Shown: positions 11,301 to 24,120, numbered from the stretch's first letter. The stretch: 64,000 nt of DNA from Squalus acanthias (GCA_030390025.1 CM059431.1:100318001-100382000), one strand, 5' to 3'. Notes: generated from the sequence alone by a model not told the origin. A program made the numbers and translations.

Positions 11301-12202
11301 CAGGAAACTCTCGTTTAAACGGCACCTAATTATCCGGAATTCTCTAATAACCGGCAAAATTCTAGAGTAGGTTTTGAGGCTTCCGTATACTGTATATTTG
11401 TGGCTGTGTAACTGGGGTTCTCGCACCTTTTGCCGTGTAACCATGGCTCCTGCACTTCTGGTTGTGTAACTGGGTCCCCTGTACTTGTGGCTGTGGAACG
11501 GGGCTCCAGCACCTGTGGCTGTGGAATGGAGCTTCAGCACTTGTACCTGTGGAACGGGGCTCCAGCACTTGTACCTGTGGAACGGGGCTCCATCACTTGT
11601 ACCTGTGGAACGGGGCTCCAGCACTTGTACCTGTGGAACGGGGCTCCAGCACTTGTACCTGTGGAACGGGGCTCCATCACTTGTACCTGTGGAACGGGGC
11701 TCCAGCACTTGTACCTGTGGAACGGGGCTCCAGCACTTGTGGCTGTGTTACGGGGCTCCTGTACCTGTGTCTGTGTTACGGGGCTCCAGCACTTGTACCT
11801 GTGGAACGGGGCTCCAGCACTTGTACCTGTGGAACGGGGCTCCATCACTTGTACCTGTGGAACGGGGCTCCAGCACTTGTACCTGTGGAACGGGGCTCCA
11901 GCACTTGTACCTGTGGAACGGGGCTCCAGCACTTGTACCTGTGGAACGGGGCTCCAGCACTTGTACCTGTGGAACGGGGCTCCATCACTTGTACCTGTGG
12001 AACGGGGCTCCAGCACTTGTGGCTGTGTTACGGGGCTCCTGTACCTGTGTCTGTGTTACGGGGCTCCAGCACTTGTACCTGTGGAACGGGGCTCTTGTAC
12101 CTTGGGCCATTGTCACTCCATGTCCCTTCTTCATTATCCGGAATTTTTAATCAACCGGCACCATCCCGGTCCCGTAGGTGCCGGATAAGAAAGAGTTTCC
12201 TG
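11301..12202. mobile_element. Tigger/pogo-like MITE (TA TSD) containing a 28-bp minisatellite
   Basis: TA|CAGGAAACTCTCGTTTAAACGGCACC ... GGTGCCGGATAAGAAAGAGTTTCCTG|TA; same termini at 14566-15131. Confidence 0.8.
11480..12100. repeat. 28-bp minisatellite, ~22 units
   Basis: Unit CACTTGTACCTGTGGAACGGGGCTCCAG, with degenerate units toward 11395-11480. Confidence 0.95.
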
Positions 12203-12436
12203 TAGTTTGTGAAGCATTGCAGTTTTGATGGATGAATGGGTTTCCGCTGTTCTGTTGTTCATTATCCAAGGCAGAGCAGCTGAAGCTAATCATGTCTAAC
12301 TGGACATTTCTCTTCTACAAGGTACTGTCGAGTTGCACGGAACAAAGGGCAGCTTGCTTGCAAGTTAAATGTGATTCGAGCAGTAAGAATGTGTGTGGTT
12401 TTATTTTTATTTTCTTTGAACTCTTTCGTTGAGTAG

Positions 12437-12775
12437 AACATAAAAACGTAAGAATTACAAGCGAGAGTCGGCCCCTCGAGCCTGCTCCGCCATTCAATCA
12501 GATCACGGCTGATCATCGACCTCAACTCCACCTTCCTGCACTATCTCCATATCCCTTGATTCCCCTAGAGTCCAAAAATCTATCGATCTCAGTCTTGAAT
12601 ATTCTCAGCGACTGAGCATCACAGCCCTCTGGGGCAGAGAATTGCAAAGATTCACCACCCTCTGAGTGAAGAAATTCCTCCTCATCTCAGTCTTAAATGG
12701 CCGACCCCTTATCCTGAGACTATGCCTCCTAGTTCTAGACTCTCCAGCCAGGGGAAACAACCTCTCAGCATCTAG
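12437..12775 (-). mobile_element. CR1-type LINE 3' fragment
   Basis: Reverse complement of ...FPLAGESRTR...GRPFKTEMRRNFFTQRVVNL plus CR1 3' UTR. Confidence 0.85.
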
Positions 12776-12785
12776 TTATATTATA

Positions 12786-13567
12786 CAGGAATCCCTCCCC
12801 AACCGCGGGGGATACATAGAAACATAGAAGATAGGAGCAGGAGTAGGCCATTCGGCCCCTCGAGCCTGCTCCGCCATTCAATGAGATCATAGCTGATCAT
12901 CCAAATTCAGTACCCTGTCCCTGCCTTCTCCCCATATCCCTTGATCCCTTTAGCTTTAAGAAATATATCTAACTCCTTCTTGAATCTATTTAATGAATTG
13001 GCCTCTACTGCCTTCTGTGGTAGAGAATTCCACAGGTTCACCACTCTCTGGGTGAAGAAATTCCTCCTCATCTCAGTCCTAAATGGCTTACCCCTTATCC
13101 TTAGACTGTGACCCCTGGTTCTGGACTCCCCCGCCATCGGGAACATCCTTCCTGCATCTAGTCTGTCTAGTCCTGTTAGAATTTTATAAGTTTCAGTGAG
13201 ATCCCCTCTCATTCTTCTAAACTCTAGCGAGTATAAGCCTAATTGACCCAATCTCTCTTCATACGTCATTCCTGCCATCCCAGGTATCAGCCTGGTGAAT
13301 CTTCGCTGCACTCTCTCCATGCATACGTCCCTGAAAACCCCCCGTGGTTAGTAAAACCGTGGTTGGCAAATTCAGTATAAATGTTCAAATAACACAATAA
13401 AAAAGAATATAAAAAGCATAAAAATCATGTTATTTACCTTATTCCTAAATTAAAAACCGCGGATACGCGAATTTCACTGGCGCGGTTGGTGAAAATAGTC
13501 GCAGAGAGGAAATCGTGTGTACGTGAAATCCGCGAATGGCAAAACTGCGGTTGGGGCGGGATTCCTG
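12786..13567. mobile_element. Second Tigger-like MITE, split by a CR1 insertion
   Basis: TA|CAGGAATCCCTCCCCAACCGCGG ... CTGCGGTTGGGGCGGGATTCCTG inverted termini; the halves rejoin as GGGGGATAC/GTCCCTGAAAACCCCC. Confidence 0.7.
12816..13322 (-). mobile_element. CR1-type LINE 3' fragment inserted in MITE
   Basis: [27 protein letters not shown]...; flanked by ATAC direct repeats. Confidence 0.9.
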
Positions 13568-14565
13568 GATATTAGTTATTGAAATTTTGGAAATGTGGGG
13601 TTGGTGGGGCGGGGTGGGGGGGGGGGGGGGCAAGGCTCTTTGATTATACGGGGCTGTTCGAAGTGGGAGATCATGTGATGAAACCTCCAGGAATATGTCC
13701 AGCTAGAATTGACGACTCAATGTGGGGCCACTTGCCTAGACAGCAGGGGTCCACGGGTAAGTCCCGGGAGAGGGGGGATTGGAGCGAGTTACAGGGAGGG
13801 GGGGGGGGGTGCTGATTGTGATTCCTGATAGCTGCCCCGCTCATTGGTACTAATTTCACCCTGGGGTCATTCAACGGGCATTAGGCATTGACGTCCTTCC
13901 TTGAGTGTGGTACCAAGAATTGGACACAATATTCCCGCTGAGGCCTAACCAGTGCTTTATAAAGGTTCAGCGTATCTTCCTTGCCTTTTGTACTCTTGTC
14001 TTCAATTTGTAAAGCCCAAGGATCCCGTATGCATTTTTTTTAACAGTCTTCTCAACTTGCCCTGCCACCTTCAAAGATCTGTGTACATACACCCCCAGGT
14101 CTCTCTGTTCCTGGACCATTTAGTTTATAGTGCCTCGCCTCATTCTTCCTTCCAAAATGCATCACTTCACACTTCACTGCGTTAACTTTCATTTGCCACA
14201 TGTCTTCCTATTTCACCAGTCTTTCTATGACCTCCTGAAGTCTGGACTATCCTCCTGATTTACTACATTTCCGAGTTTCGTGTCATCTGCAAACTTTAAA
14301 ATGATGCCCTGTATACTCTGGTCCAGGTCATTAATATATATCAGAAAGAGCGGGGGGTGGGGGGGGGTAAAGTTTGTTTCTCTCTCTCTCTCTGTCTCGC
14401 TCTCTCTCACTCACTCCCTCTTTCTGTTTTCATTCAGAAACTAATTGCTCTATTTTCCTCAAGAATCTTCTCGGACAAATTTCTGTTCATTGTGGGGCAA
14501 ATCTTGCTGGAAAAACAACAACATGTTCATTGTTAAATTCTTCAGCCCAGAAAGGGAACAATTTA

Positions 14566-15131
14566 CAGGAAACTCTTGTTTATCCGGCACCCAAATATCC
14601 GGAATTCTCGCTTAACTGGCAAAACTCATCCTCCGAAAACTCCTCTCAAATAACCGGCAATGTTGCCGAGTCGCAGTCCGTGTCTCCGCGAACGCCGAGT
14701 ACTCCGAAAACTCCTCTCAAATAACCGGCAATGTTGCCGATCCCGAGTCCGCGAACGCCGATTTAGTCAGTAGGGGTAGTTTTCAAAAGTGCCACTACTC
14801 GGCCTCCTGGCGCTGTCGGAAGTCCAAAACACTGCAGTAGCAGGAGTTGATTCTCCCGCGCTGCCGGGAGTCTCACTTACTGTTAAGTAATTAAAGAGTT
14901 ATGGATTACTCTCAACTGGCAGTACTGTACTTAATCAAGCATCTTCCACCATCCATTTAACACAACATTCTGTAGGTGAGTAACCAAATACTGTATACTG
15001 CACATTTCTTGATTTTTTTATTTTTCTTTGTTAAAAATAGCCTCGGTAGATATAACTCTCTGTTATCCGGAACTTTCGATCAACCGGCACCACGCCGGTC
15101 CCGTCGGTGCCGGATACCAAAGAGTTTCCTG
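14566..15131. mobile_element. Tigger/pogo-like MITE (same family as 11301)
   Basis: TA|CAGGAAACTCTTGTTTATCCGGCACC ... GGTGCCGGATACCAAAGAGTTTCCTG|TA. Confidence 0.8.
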
Positions 15132-15247
15132 TAAACTGTTCCTGCAGGTAGTAAATTCCTCTTAGAGATTTAAAAAATGTCAAAAGTAACGTTTTTTCAT
15201 TTTTTTCTTAAATTCTTTCTGTCTCTTTTTTCTCTCTTTCTCTTAAT

Positions 15248-15893
15248 TTATTGCAAGGGGGTTGGAGTATAAGAGTAAGAAAGTTTTGCTACAATTGTAC
15301 AGGGCCTTAGTGAGACCATACCTGGAGTACTGTGCACAGCTCTGGTCTCCTTATCTAAGGAAGGATATACTTGCCTTGGAGGCGGTGCAACGAAGGTTCA
15401 CTAGATTGATTCCTGGGATGAGAGGGCTGTCCTATGATGAGAGATTGTGTAGAATGGGCCTATACTCTCTGGAGTTTAGAAGAATGAGAGGTGATCTCAT
15501 TGAAATATACAAGATTCTGAAGGGGATTGACAGGGTAGATGCTGAGAGGTTGTTTCCCCTGGCTGGAGTGTCTAGAACTAGGGGGCATAGTCTCAGGATA
15601 AGGGGTCGGCCATTTAAGACTGAGATGAGGAGGAATTTCTTCACTCAGAGAGTTGTGAATCTTTGGAATTCTCTGCCCCAGAGGGCTGTGGTTGCTGAGT
15701 CGTTGAGTATATTCAAGGCTGAGATCGATAGATTTTTGGACTCTAGGGGAATCAAGGGATATGGGGATCGGGCGGGAAAGTGGAGTTGAGGTCAATGATC
15801 AGCCATGATCTTATTGAATGGCGGAACAGGCTCGAGGGGCCATATGGCCGACTCCTGCTCCTAATTCTTATGTTCTTATGTTCTTATGTTCTT
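15248..15893 (+). mobile_element. CR1-type LINE 3' fragment
   Basis: 175-aa ORF EYKSKKVLLQLYRALVRPYLEYCAQLWSP...; (TTCTTATG)n tail; TCTTAAT on both flanks. Confidence 0.9.
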
Positions 15894-16238
15894 AATCCGA
15901 TCTTTCTTTCCCTCTCTTTATTTCTCTTTCTCTACCTAATTTGACTCTAATTCACCCGATTTCCTTCTCCGTCGTTCCTCTGTTTCTTTCTCAATCCTTT
16001 AATCCCATGGGTTAAGGAGATAGACTGTTGGTCCCGTCGTTCACCGAGGTCTCAGATGCCCCGTTGCCCGTTATCAGCTCGCACTCCCAGCACGTTATAG
16101 GGCAAAAATTTTCGAGCTGAAGTGTGAGGAACAAAGTCTAACTAACGGGGCACACCATGAGATGCCCCACTCCAGCAAGATCTGGGCCAGTATATTTTCC
16201 ATATGTAGAAGACCTTAAATTAAATATCTTCCTTAAAT

Positions 16239-16704
16239 GTCAGCCAGTGGCTCAGTGGGCAGCACCCTCGCCTCTGAGTCAGAAGGTTGTGGGTTCAAGT
16301 CTCACTCCAGAGACTTGAGCACAAAAATCTAGGCTGACACTCCAGTGCAGTGCTGAGGGAGTGCTGCACTGTCGGAGGTGCTGTCTTTTGGGTGAGACGT
16401 TAAACCGAGGCCTTGTCTACTCTCTCAGGTGGACGTAAAAGATCCCACGGCACTATTTCAAAGAAGAGTTGGGGAATTATCCCCGGTGTCCTGGGGCCAA
16501 TATTTATCCCTCAACCAACATAACAGAAACAGATTATCTGGTCATTGTCACAATGCTTTTTGTGGGAGCTTGCTGTGCACAAATTGGCTGCCACGTTTCC
16601 TACATTACAACAGTGACTACACTCCAAAAATACTTCATTGACTGTAAAGCGCTTTGGGACGTCCGGTGGTCATGAAAGGCGCTGGAGAAATGCAAGTCTT
16701 TCTT
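16239..16704 (+). mobile_element. Full-length Deu-SINE with a single unexpanded 33-bp unit
   Basis: A box TGGCTCAGTGG, B box GGTTCAAGTC, AGTGCAGTGCTGAGGGAGTGCTGCACTGTCGGAGGTG, Deu core, L2-like tail. Confidence 0.9.
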
Positions 16705-16899
16705 AAATACTATTTAACATTTTCCAACAGACTCTGAATGAATAGATGAGTGAGCAGCGTTACTAGTTTGGTCCCACTCCGGGCAGCGGCTGTCTATTCC
16801 TAACCTCACTGCTGCCGTTTAATTGATAGATTAATCACAAGAGGTTGTCGGCTGTACTCCGGCAGGCTCCTCCTCACTGACGTCATTCGCTGTGCTTTT

Positions 16900-17725
16900 G
16901 AAGTTTCCTCTGGTGGGGGGAGTCCAGAACAAGGGGGCAGAACCTTAAAATTAGAGCCAGGCCATTCAGGGGTGATGTCAGGAAGCACTTCTTCACACAA
17001 AGGGTTAGTGGAAATCTGGAACTCTCCCCCCCCAAAAAGCTGTTGAGGCTGGGGGTACAATTGAAAATTTCAAAACTGAGATTGATAGATTTTTGTTGGG
17101 TAAGGGTATTAAGGGTTACGGAACCAAGGCGGGTAGATGGAGTTAAGATACAGATCAGCCAGGATCTCATTGAATGGCGGAACAGGCCCGAGGGGCTGAA
17201 TGGCCTCCTCCTGTTGCTATGGCACTTTGCCATCGGTGTGCTGTTTAACCACAGCTGTTGCTAGTGAATCAGTTTTATTGTTGGTATTTTCTATTGTCAC
17301 AACACACTCTACCCGCTAGTCACGCTTCATCTGTCAGCCTAGCCAAAACGTTGTCAAACTTACCGCCGAAGCCAGAACTAGTTTTGTTAGAGTAAATAAG
17401 GAGACATTGTTTCCAGTGGCGGGAGGGTCAGGAACCAGAGGACACAGATTGAAGGTCATTGGCAAAAGAACCAGGGGGGAGATGAACAGAATTTTTTTTT
17501 TAACGCAGCGAGTTGTGATCTGGAATGCGCTGCCTGAAAGGGCAGTGGAAGCAGATTCAATAGCAACTTTCAAAAGGGGAATTGGATAAATAATTAAAAA
17601 GGTAAAAATTTGCAGGGCTGTGGGGAAAGAGCAGGGGGGGAGTGGGACTAATTGGAGAGCTCTTTCAAAGAGCCGGCACAGGCACGATGGGCCGAATGGC
17701 CTCCTTCTGTGCTGTAGGATTCTAC
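16900..17725 (+). mobile_element. Two CR1 3' fragments (16900-17215, 17388-17725)
   Basis: [17 protein letters not shown] and FPVAGGSGTRGHRLKVIGKRTRG motifs with CR1 tails. Confidence 0.8.
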
Positions 17726-18387
17726 GAACATTCAAGGTGGAGTCTAAACAATATGACTTTCAACAAAAGTGAGTGCTAAGATTGTAATTTTCCAGCTTAC
17801 TTAATCAATAATTTAAGGGGAAAGAAAGTCTTGGAAAGGGAAAACTTGTTCAAAGTTCTCCCCAATGTCAAAGACCTTCATTATGTATATCTGCAAGTAT
17901 TTAGTGTAGCATGCCTTTTATAATTCAACGTAGCCTGTGCGGAATTCTATTTTTCTGCTTAATCCATTAAAAGAAACGGATGTTCTCCATCACCAAATAT
18001 CCGCAGAATTTTTTTTTACCATTCGAAGGCGACATCCTGAATTTCAACAACATATAATTATGACAGAGAAAGCTTCTCTAATGCTATTCATTTTAATTTA
18101 GGAGCAGATTAACAATGGGGTACTTCCACGAAGCTTGGGTTTACCTTGCAGATCCTGGGGGAAATCACCAAGACTGGGGAATGAGTGAGATCATTTTATA
18201 TTCCCTAGAATGTAGAGATAGTGAAGACTGAAGATCTGGAATGGACAATCACTGTGAGTGAGATAATGGTGCAAGTTGTGAATCTGAGATTGCAGATGAC
18301 AAAGTCCAGCAGAATCTTTATTTTTAAGTTTCAGTTTTCAGACTCGTGACATTTCACTATCTGTCTTCATTCTTCTCCCTTTGTCAT

Positions 18388-19235
18388 AGGAACAGGAGGA
18401 GGCCATTCAGCCCCTCGAGACTGTTCCACCATTCAATTAGATCATGGCTGATCTGTATCTCAACACCATCTACGTAACCCTTAATACTCTTGCCTAACAC
18501 AAATCTATCAATCTCAGTTTTGACATTTTCAATTGACCCCCAGCCTCAACAGCGTTTTGGGGGAGAGAGTTCCAGATTTCCACCACCCTTTGTGTGAAGA
18601 AGTGCTTCCTGACATCACCCCTGAACGGCCTGGCTCTAATTTTAAGGTGAAGCCCCCTTGTTCTGGACTCCCCCCACCAGAGGAAATAGTTTCTCTCTAT
18701 TGACCCTATCAACTCCTTTAATCATCTTAAACACCTCGATTAGATCACCACTTAATCTTCTACACTCGAGGGAATACAAGCCCAGTCTGTGCAACCTGTC
18801 CTCATAATTAAACCCTCTCAGCCTTGGTATCATTCTGGTGAATCTGCGCTGCCCCCCCTCCAAGGCCAATATCTCCTTCCTGAGGTGCGGGGCCCAGAAC
18901 TGAACACAGTGACTCCAGATGGGGTCTAACCAGATCTCTGTGCAGCTGTAACATAACTTCCACCCATTGTATTCCAGCCCCCTCGAAATAAAGGCCAACA
19001 TCCCATTAGGCGTTTTAATTATATTTTCTACCTGTCCACTAGCTTTTAGTGATTTCTGTGCCTGGACCCCTAGATCTCTCTGCTTCTCCGCAGTTCCTAG
19101 CTTCTCACCATTTAGAAAATATTCTGATTTGTCTTCCTTAAGTCCAAAGTGGATGACCTCACACTGCCCCACATTGAACTCCATCTGCCGCAGTTTTGCC
19201 CCCTCACTGAATCCATCGATGTCCCTTTGTAACTT
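18388..19235 (-). mobile_element. CR1-type LINE fragment
   Basis: LQRDIDGFSEGAKLRQMEFNVGQCEVIHFG...QRDLGV...VQFWAPHLRKEILALE. Confidence 0.9.
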
Positions 19236-19570
19236 TGTCAGATCAGATATTTGTACTACATTCTGGTACTGACCTTTCATTTCTCCATATAGGGGTAATC
19301 TACTGCTTTTATTTCATTTAAAGATTATGCGTGATGGTATTGAGTTTCTCTTTGCTGGGTGTTATCTCTCAATGGGCTGTGATTGGGAGCAGGAAATCGG
19401 GCTGATATTTCCCCCTCTCTTGTCCAGTGGGTGCTGAGTCCAGTTCTGGAGGCACTCTCACCACAAGGTGTCTGAGGTACTGAGCTTGGCTAATCCACCA
19501 CAGACTGGAGACAGAACCTGGGAATCTCATGGGGCAGTGCAACACCACGTGACCACGGCCTCTGAGTTGT

Positions 19571-20030
19571 GTCAGCTGTGGCTCAGTGGGTATCTGAGTC
19601 AGGAAAGTGGTGGGTTCAAGTCCCACTCCAGAGGCTTGAGCACAAAAATCTAGGCTGACACTCCCAGTGCAGTGCTGAGGGAGTGCTGCACTGTCAGAGG
19701 TGCCATCTTTCGGATGAGACGTTAAACCCAGGCCCCCGTCTGCTCTCTCAGGCGGATGTAAAAGATCCCATGGCACTATTTCGAAGAAGAGCAGGGGGAG
19801 TTCTCCCCAGTGTCCTGGGCCAATATTTATCCCTCAACCAACATCACTAAAACAGATGATCTGGTCATTATCACATTGCTGTTTGTGGGAGCTTGCTGTG
19901 CGCAAATTGGCTGCCGCGTTTCCTACATTACAACAGTGACTCCACTTCAAAAAGTACTTCATTGGCTGTAAAGCGCTTTGGGACGTCCTGAGGTCGTGAA
20001 AGGCGCTGGAGAAATGTAAGTCTTTTTTTT
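19571..20030 (+). mobile_element. Deu-SINE, single unit
   Basis: Head GTCAGCTGTGGCTCAGTGGG, Deu core and tail. Confidence 0.9.
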
Positions 20031-20919
20031 TGCGGAAAAATGGATGGAACTGTGGATCCGGAAAACACAAGTAAAAATCCTATAATTCCACCTCATTAAA
20101 ACATGGTTTGACTCATTCGCTTATCCTTCAAACAGTGGCCCTGCAGAAGATGCATTTACCTACTGAGATGTCAGGAGAGCCTCGCACCCCGCTGTTTTAT
20201 TTACCATGAACATTTTTAATGGTTGCATGTTCTGAGCATGCCCTCCCTTGAATCTCCCCTGTCTCCCTGCTCTAGCAAGTCTGACCTAATCCTGCACATT
20301 CCCCACTGCTGATGACTTCCCTCAGCAAGTCCGAATCCCTACTTTGTGAGACTTTCATTGATAACCTGTCATAATAAAGATAAGCGAGTGTCATTCATCA
20401 GGTAAGCTGGCCGTGTAATAACCGCACATTCTCGTAGGCCTGGAGTTCTCCTTTTATGCCGAACATTATGTGGTAGAATCAGAGCAACGGACTGAAATAC
20501 AAATCATTTCTTTCTTCACAGTGGGAGGAGGAGGGAAGCCAGAGCTTGAATGACAGCCATGACTGGGAATCAAACCTACTGCCTCTGGTGGTCGCCAGCA
20601 ACTGTCGGGAAAGGCATCTCCAACGAAGTCCATTATCATCGCTTGCCCTGAGATGAGACAAGCTTCACTGCAACTCAATGGCTTCCTCGGGGGCCGACTG
20701 CTCTGTTTAACCTCTCGAGCGCCGGCTGCCCATTCCAGCTTTTAGGATGTTGCTCACGTTTGCCGTGAGTGACGGAGGGCGGGGGGGGGGGCTGCCTCCT
20801 CCTCCGATTAAAATCCTGACCTATGGGAATATCTGGGTCAAGGGATTATACGTTGCTTTCGTAACAGTAAATTCACATCAGACCTGAAATTGCAACGTGG
20901 GATATTGGTTTCTAAACTC

Positions 20920-21553
20920 GTAGCACACTTGTCTCTGAGTCAGAAGGTTGTGAGTTCGAGTCCCACTCCAGAAACTTGAGCACAGAAATCCAGGCTACAC
21001 TCCCTGTGCAGTGCTGAGGGAGTGCCGCACTGTCGGAGGGGCAGTACTGAGGGAGCACCGCATTGTCGGAGGGGCAGTACTGAGGGAGTGCCGCACTGTC
21101 GGAGGGGCAGTACTGAGGGAGCGCCGCACTGTCGGAGGGGCAGTACTGAGGGAGCGCCGCACTGTCGGAGGGTCAACACTGAGGGAGTGCCGCACTGTCG
21201 GAGGGGCAGTACTGAGGGAGTACCGCACTGTCGGAGGTGCCGTCTTTTGGATGAGACGTTAAACTGAGGCCCCGTCTGCTCTCAGGTGGACATAAAAGCA
21301 CTATTTCGAAGAAGAGGTGGGGAGTTCTCCCCGGTGTCCTGGCCAATATTTATCCTTCAACCAACATAACAAAAACAGATGATCTGGTCATTATCACATT
21401 GCTGTTTGTGGGAGCTTGCTGTGCACAAATTGGCTGCCACGTTTCCTACATTACAACAGTGACCCCACTTCAAAAAGTACTTCATTGGCTGTAAAGCGCT
21501 TTGAGACGTCCTGAGGTTGTGAAAGGCGCGGGAGAAATGCGAGTTCTTTTTTT
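20920..21553 (+). mobile_element. Deu-SINE with 7-unit 33-bp array (21006-21240)
   Basis: SINE head, core and tail flanking the STEGAPHCRRG repeat. Confidence 0.85.
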
Positions 21554-21868
21554 TCACAGCTGGCCCCACAAAAATGATCTGGGCCACTGTCGCCCACAGC
21601 TCTCTTTGCCCCCCCTCCACCGCCACCCCTCCTCCACTCCGCGATCAAGACACCCTCCACCAACACCCTGGGTCTTACCTTGCTGCGGTTTGGGCGACCT
21701 CAGGGTCGTATGATGTTGCGTCAGCCCGAATCGGGCGATCTGCATCAGGACACTGGGTTGGGTAGGGTCACCAACTCTTCGGGCTTGCCCTGGGGTCTCC
21801 AGGAATTAAGGATTAATCTGCCAGCAAAAATCCGGGAGAAAAATCTTCGGGGCACTCAAAAAATTTAT

Positions 21869-23338
21869 GGCCTGGAATTTGCAGTGAGCAGCGAAGCGAA
21901 GGCGTTCGTCGCTGGCCCCAAAGTACGCTCCTTACATCGCACGAGGATCTCGCGATCCCCGTGTCGAGAACTTCGGATTTTCCGACCTTCAGTTCAAATC
22001 AACGGAACCTAATGGGGATCCCCCAGTGCGAGCCGCTGTGACGTCAACAGGCTTTCTAAGCAGCCAACCAAAATGCAGAATTCTCACATACAGCGAACCA
22101 GGAAGCAGGTAAGCTCCTGAAATTCTAAGGGGCTAAAATTGAGTCGCGCCCCCTTTGGGGCGCTAACTTCGCCAAGGCGCAACTTTTAGTGCCCCGAAAA
22201 AGTTAGCGCCCCCCGCGCCTGAAATTCGATGGTCGGGCCCCAAGCAGGAGGCGGGGCGCTACTGGAAGCATTCCCCCTCCCTCTTGGGGCGCTCCAGCCC
22301 AATATCGTGGCGCCACGTGCAACACCACCACGCTCGCCAGCACGTCGCATCGCGGTACTATAGGCCTCCCTCCCCTGATTAAAGGGGAGGGGCCTGCTGG
22401 GCCACCGAGGAGGGGGGTGCTGGCAAAAGAGCCCGGCACTTAAGAGGGGCGCCGGGCTGACCGATCGCGGCCGGCACCCCGCCGGAGGAGGCCAGAGGGG
22501 GCAGGTGCTGGCAAGCAGCCAGCAAGAAAAATGGCCGCCCGGCACCTCCCCTTTAAATATCGCCGCCCCGGCCGCACGTACGCCCCCTGATCTTGTCGGA
22601 CATCAGGGGGCGCAACCAGGGCGCTGCGCACGGCAATGATGTCATCGCCGGAGGAGCAGCACCGCAGGGCGCTACCGGCTACCGCCGCTGCTAACCTCCC
22701 GCTGGATTTTGCGGGAGGTGTTAGCGGCGCCGCGCCCGGGCGCTCGTTGCTTTGCACCCCCTTTAGGGCGCTAACAGGAGGCGCAAAGCAACCGAATTTT
22801 GCCCCCTAAGTTTTTGAAAATGTTAGAGAGAGCAAAGCAAAGATTGGGGCTCTCACACGGGGAAAAGGCAAACCTGAAATAAAGGCGGACAAACTTGCAA
22901 TTTTTGAAAAGCTTCTTAAAAATTTTAATTTTTATTAAAATGAACAAATTTCACACTGCACAAAATTAAAAGTAGTTTTCCAGGCCCATAACCTTTGTTC
23001 AGCAGTCGATGCACTGTTAAAACCCCAGTTACACCGAATCCCTTTGGGTCGAACTTTTAGTGGGGAATTTAACAGCGGTATTACCGCGGAAAAGCCCAAG
23101 TTTTCGTCGGTTTCAATGATTTGAGCGATTTCACAGATTGCTGGCTCTGTGGGGGGTGTGGGGCGGGGGGGGGCGGGGAGGGGGCCACAGCGCAGCCTGT
23201 TCCGGAGCTGTCAATGACAGACCGCAACACCGGGATTTCCGACGCATGCGCTATATCCCGAAGTTGCGGACAGTTCCAAAGGCGGAACGACAGCGAACGC
23301 TGACAGTTCGCCCTCATCCCAACTGGAAATTCTGGGCC
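21869..23338. mobile_element. Harbinger-like MITE (middle layer)
   Basis: GGCCTGGAATTTGCAG / CTGGAAATTCTGGGCC inverted termini, flanks TAT/TAC. Confidence 0.65.
22129..22806. mobile_element. GC/CpG-rich Harbinger-like MITE with TAA TSD (inner layer)
   Basis: TAA|GGGGCTAAAATT ... AATTTTGCCCCC|TAA. Confidence 0.75.
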
Positions 23339-23491
23339 TACAAGTTTTATTTATCGTCATTGAACACTTTCATTTGTTAGTTGTAAAAAATATTGGAGAT
23401 GAGGGGGAAAAGCTGGTCAGCTGGGCGGGGCAGCTGGAGATAGGAGGTTATGTGACGAAACCCCCAGGAATACATCCAACCAGAGTTGGCA

Positions 23492-24120
23492 GAGAAACTA
23501 TTTCCTCTGGCGGGGGGAGTCCAGAACAAGGGGACATAGTTATGCTGCAGCTGTACAGAGCTCTGGTTAGACCCCACCTGGAGCATTGTGTTCAGTTCTG
23601 GGCCCTACCCCTCAGGAAGGATTATTGGCCTTGGAGGGGGAGCAGCGCAGATTCACCAGAATGATACCGGGGCTAAAAGGGTTAAATTACGAGGACAGGT
23701 TGCACAGACTAGGCTTGTATTCCCTCGAGTTTAGAAGATTAAGAGGTGATCTAATCGAGGTGTTTAAGATGATTGAAGGAGTTGATAGGGTAGATAGAGA
23801 GAAACTATTTCCTCTGGTGGGGGGAGTCCAGAACAAGGGGGAATCACCTTAAAATTAGAGCCAGGCCGTTCAGGGGTGATGTCAGGAAGCACTTCTTCAC
23901 ACAAAGGGTGGTGGAAACCTGGAACTCTTTCCCCCAAAAAGCTGTTGAGGCTGGGGGACAATTGAAAATTTCAAAACTGAGATTGAGAGATTTTTCTTGG
24001 GTAAAGGGTATTAAGGGTTACGGAAACAAGACGGGTAAATGGAGTTAAGATACAGATCACCCATGATCTAATTGAATGGTGGAACAGGCTCGAGGGGCTG
24101 AGCGGCCTCCTCCTGTTCCG
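23492..24120 (+). mobile_element. CR1-type LINE 3' fragment
   Basis: [34 protein letters not shown]. Confidence 0.85.

Larger units (their letters stand above)
14494..16188. mobile_element. Harbinger-like non-autonomous element hosting a Tigger-like MITE and a CR1
   Basis: Termini GGGGCAAATCTTGCTGGA / TCCAGCAAGATCTGGGCC, flanks TGT/AGT. Confidence 0.55.
21763..23491. mobile_element. hAT (Blackjack-like) MITE interrupted by nested Harbinger-like MITEs
   Basis: TAGGGTCACCAAC start; the two halves match the uninterrupted copy at 41995-42272. Confidence 0.6.

Noticed and set aside
11430..12205. Cys-rich 220-250 aa ORFs
   Set aside because: Translations of the 28-bp array inside a MITE.
16239..16310. 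SINE heads as tRNA genes
   Set aside because: A and B boxes are present, but they continue into the Deu core and LINE-like tail.
20522..20745. Acceptor-like TTTCTTTCTTCACAG followed by a possible exon
   Set aside because: All frames close within ~75 codons and no peptide is recognisable.
22129..22806. CpG island of a host gene
   Set aside because: Bounded exactly by TIRs and a TAA TSD inside another transposon.
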